Assembly: GCA_051047955.1 (NCBI GenBank)
Contig: JBPGPT010000045.1
Span: 62,001-100,423, forward strand
From: Cystobasidiomycetes sp. EMM_F5
Lineage: Eukaryota
Reading direction: 5' to 3'
Length of the DNA: 38,423 bases
Below the pieces are notes generated by a model. The model was not told the origin of the DNA, made no database searches, and was given only the letters and a program-made list of their open reading frames with translations. A program made the position numbers and the translations under genes. Below, piece by piece: positions 35,735 to 38,423 of this stretch; the first letter of the stretch is position 1; each line of letters opens with the position of its first letter.

Positions 35735-36175
35735 CCTCCTCTCTGCCTCTGTCTCCCTCGCCGCCGGTCTTCGCCTCAGCTCCCCTCTGCTCCAGGCTGG
35801 CCAGCTCTTCTCCACTCCGTCTCTCCCTCGCCCTCTCACTCACTGCCTCTCCGCTCCTACTCCCCTCTCAGAGCTGGTCAGCCTACTCTCTGCCCCTCTC
35901 CTTCTCGCCTCGCTATCTCCCTCTCGGCCTCCCTCTCCTTCTACGCTCGAGACTGGTCAGCCTACCCTACTCCCTACCCTCTCACTCAGTCCGCTCCTCC
36001 CTCTTACCCCTCCCTCCATCTCTGCCTCTCCTCTCCTCTTCACGCTAGGCTTGGCCAGCCAGCCCTTCCCTTCCTTTCCTCCTTCCCTCCCTCACCTCTC
36101 TCACTTCCTCACTCCCCTCCCATTCTCTCACTCCCCTCACCTCCTCACCTCCTCACCTCCTCACTACCTCACTTC
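35735..36175. repeat. About 440-bp polypyrimidine/polypurine tract with recurrent (C/T)TGG(T/C)CAGC motif
   Basis: Almost exclusively C/T on the + strand. The motif occurs at 35797, 35874, 35953 and 36051. Confidence 0.8.
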
Positions 36176-36179
36176 TATA

Positions 36180-36500
36180 GTCAGCTTAGCTGACTCAAGT
36201 CAGTCAGTCAATCAATCAGGCCAATACGGTCAATCAATCAGGTCAATCAATCAAGCGAGTAAGTACAGTCAGCCAATCATCGCCATCCAATCAAGCTAAT
36301 GCTGTCATTGGTGCAAGCAGATGCGGTACTGCCAGCGTATTACTGACACCGCGTCAGTAGAATACTGATGATCAATCAGGATATTACTGAAAACGGTGCA
36401 GTAAGATACTGACAATCACTGAGGAAAAACTGACAATCAGCGAGTAAAATACTGACATCTGCTCAGTAATATACAGCCATTCAGTCGGTGAAATGCCGAC
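36180..36500 (+). repeat. GTCAATCAATCA cluster followed by a degenerate 22-bp-phased ACTGA-N7-(T)CAGT array
   Basis: ACTGA starts at 36342, 36364, 36386, 36408, 36429 and 36451, with decayed units at 36473 and 36495. Confidence 0.85.
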
Positions 36501-36542
36501 TTTTTCTCAAGATAGCAGTCCCGCTCGTTTGTAATAGCACAC

Positions 36543-36594
36543 TCCTAATGACGCAGCCTGCGCCATTAGGACGAGCCTGCGCCATTAGGACGAG
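36543..36594. repeat. 14-bp-arm inverted repeat overlapping a 19-bp direct duplication
   Basis: TCCTAATGACGCAG (36543-36556) and CTGCGCCATTAGGA (36558-36571) pair with one mismatch. AGCCTGCGCCATTAGGACG occurs twice from 36555. Confidence 0.85.
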
Positions 36595-37189
36595 TAGATG
36601 GACCTCATCGCTCTAGTACAAACATGTATCAATGCTGCTGCTCGTGGATAGGATTGCTCATTCAATGTGAGCTTGCAACTGTCTTTGCTGCATTCGCTCC
36701 CTGCTTGATTGCCATCTAGTCGGTTCCTACTGTGATCAGTGCCGCGCGGCGCTCGCCTTTTTTGGACACCCAACAACCCAATGAAGCATGAGCAATGAGT
36801 GCTGCACGACCAGATGATGCTATGAATCAAGATGCTCCTGGAATTTTTCGGACGAGCTGGCATGATACGGCCTTGCTGGCGATTACGCGATGACATGGTG
36901 AGCGTGGTGCAGGACCATCAGTAGACAAAGTAGACAAAGGTGAGCTGACGTCGGTCATACGCGACAGCACCGTCTATGCACTCTCGCTCGCGCTTAGGCT
37001 TCCCATTCCCGCTCTCTCTTCCGGTCAGCTCGCTGTCTTCTTCGGGTTCTGGCTGCCCTAGCCTGGTATTAGCGGAGCGAGACAGCCCGCAGTGAGCACG
37101 AGCGGAGCAAGTGGATGTCACGGCCCGTCGCCATGCACGGTGCAGCACCCATTGGTGGGCTACTGGCTAGCCAGCTGAACTGACTTCAA

Positions 37190-37295
37190 GCGAGTCAATC
37201 AATCAAGGTCAGTACTCACAATCAATCAGGGTCAAGCAGGTCAATGAAGCCTGGCTAATACGATCAATCACTTCATCAGATTAAATACTGTCAGA
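37190..37295 (+). repeat. Fourth, decayed cluster of the CAATCAATCA/ACTGA motif family
   Basis: AGTCAATCAATCAAG, TACTCACAATCAATCAGG, GATCAATCA and AAATACTGTCAG. Confidence 0.65.
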
Positions 37296-38423
37296 CAGCT
37301 TGGCGAGGCAAGGCTCCTGCCGTCAACCATGGCGGCCATAATTCCAAGCACTGGTGTGAGTTATGACTGGCAGTGACGGCCTTGATGACATCGCTGACTC
37401 TGTTAATTGTGGTGACAGCCGTGCTGAGAGTCTGCAGTGCTGGACTACTGACCCAAGAGAGCGCGGGCAGTACTGTGCAAGCAGAGTCTGCCATCGAGGG
37501 CCGGGCGGCATAGGAGAAGCTAAGTAGCTGAGCGCGATATGCTCAAAGTCCAGATACTGTTGAAGCACGGCTAATCATGCTTCAGTTTACACTCACAGCT
37601 AGGCTCTAGCCTGGGTGGACTGCCGTTCAAAGACATGCGGCTTGACAAGTCAGCTGAAAGGGATGGTAAGCGTCCTATTGAAGGACGTGCATGCATTCTT
37701 GACAACTTAAGCTGACTGCTATGCCACTCTGCGATTCTAATAGGCGACTGGTGTATGGTGGAGATCCAGTGCTGAGCTGAGAGCGACGACGCACTGCCAT
37801 ATGCAGACATACAAGCATACGCAGCTGTGAGTGACAGGTCCTTTCTTGCTCTCGCTACAACAGCTGACTCTGCTTCTTGTCGTGACAGATCGTGTTCAGC
37901 GTCCGCGGAGGAGAGAGGAGCACAGATGAGCTTACTAGCGTGTCTGGCAACAGCAATGGAGCGGCAGGCCTTATAGGTCAGTCCACGATTGCCGTATCGA
38001 CGGATAAGAGTGAATCTGGGCTGATGATACGACCGCCTTTTCTTCTGTGCCACCGTCGATTCCCAGTGATGCAGGCAGCATGCGAGACTTCGATACGTTG
38101 GGCCGGAGTATCAGAAGTAAGCCTGTATAACTCCCATATCCAATTGCGTAATCTGACATGGCATTCTTCACCTGCAGATATTGGCTAGCAAGGGGCGGTG
38201 ATGACGGACAGCGAGGCAAGGTAAAGCGGCAGCCGCAAGGTAACGTTTGTCTAGTAGCCGGTCATCCTGTAGTGGTCAGCACAATATAAACAACACTTCT
38301 TCTTGACCGGATCTGCTATGGCGGTCTTTGTGTGGACGGTGTGGATTTGTCTCGCTGGCTCGGAGGCGGTTCCTGGAGGACCGACCGGACAGACGACCGA
38401 ATACTCAGAAACCGTCTATAGAT

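Noticed and set aside
35611..36299. 145-aa and 207-aa Leu/Ser/Pro-rich ORFs on the + strand
   Set aside because: They are by-products of the C/T tract, which cannot easily contain stop codons. No domain signal.
36337..36500. CRISPR-like repeat/spacer appearance
   Set aside because: Spacers are only about 7 nt, repeats are degenerate, the context is eukaryotic and there are no cas genes.
37291..38423. Several 65-160 aa ORFs at the right end as a possible transposase
   Set aside because: No DDE, KDZ, reverse-transcriptase or tyrosine-recombinase motifs were recognised.

Overview
Eukaryotic, intron-rich fungal DNA with short (about 50-75 nt) GT-AG introns and compact intergenic spaces. It looks like a Pucciniomycotina-type basidiomycete, which is an inference only. 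The left half (1-17.4 kb) is a dense, mostly housekeeping block: a divergent SPP/presenilin-like membrane protein, an F-box protein, an ALK/LTK-type glycine-rich gene with an in-frame stop, a gamma-glutamylcyclotransferase, UBA3, VPS33, EHD3/HIBCH, MAP1 and a multi-pass membrane protein. VPS33 has an oversized, structured intron that may host a snoRNA. The right half (about 18.8-37.3 kb) is an accessory island with no recognisable housekeeping genes. It encodes a divergent Ski2/Mer3-like helicase, a coiled-coil/CCHC protein, a probable Ulp1-like (clan CE) protease, a protein with five MuDR/WRKY-GCM1-type zinc-binding DNA-binding domains (two in-frame stops) and a JmjC + C2H2 protein. The island is punctuated by same-orientation arrays of a 22-bp dyad repeat (ACTGA-N7-TCAGT). 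No DDE transposase, recombinase or terminal inverted repeat was recognised. Exon boundaries were read by eye and some gene ends are approximate.
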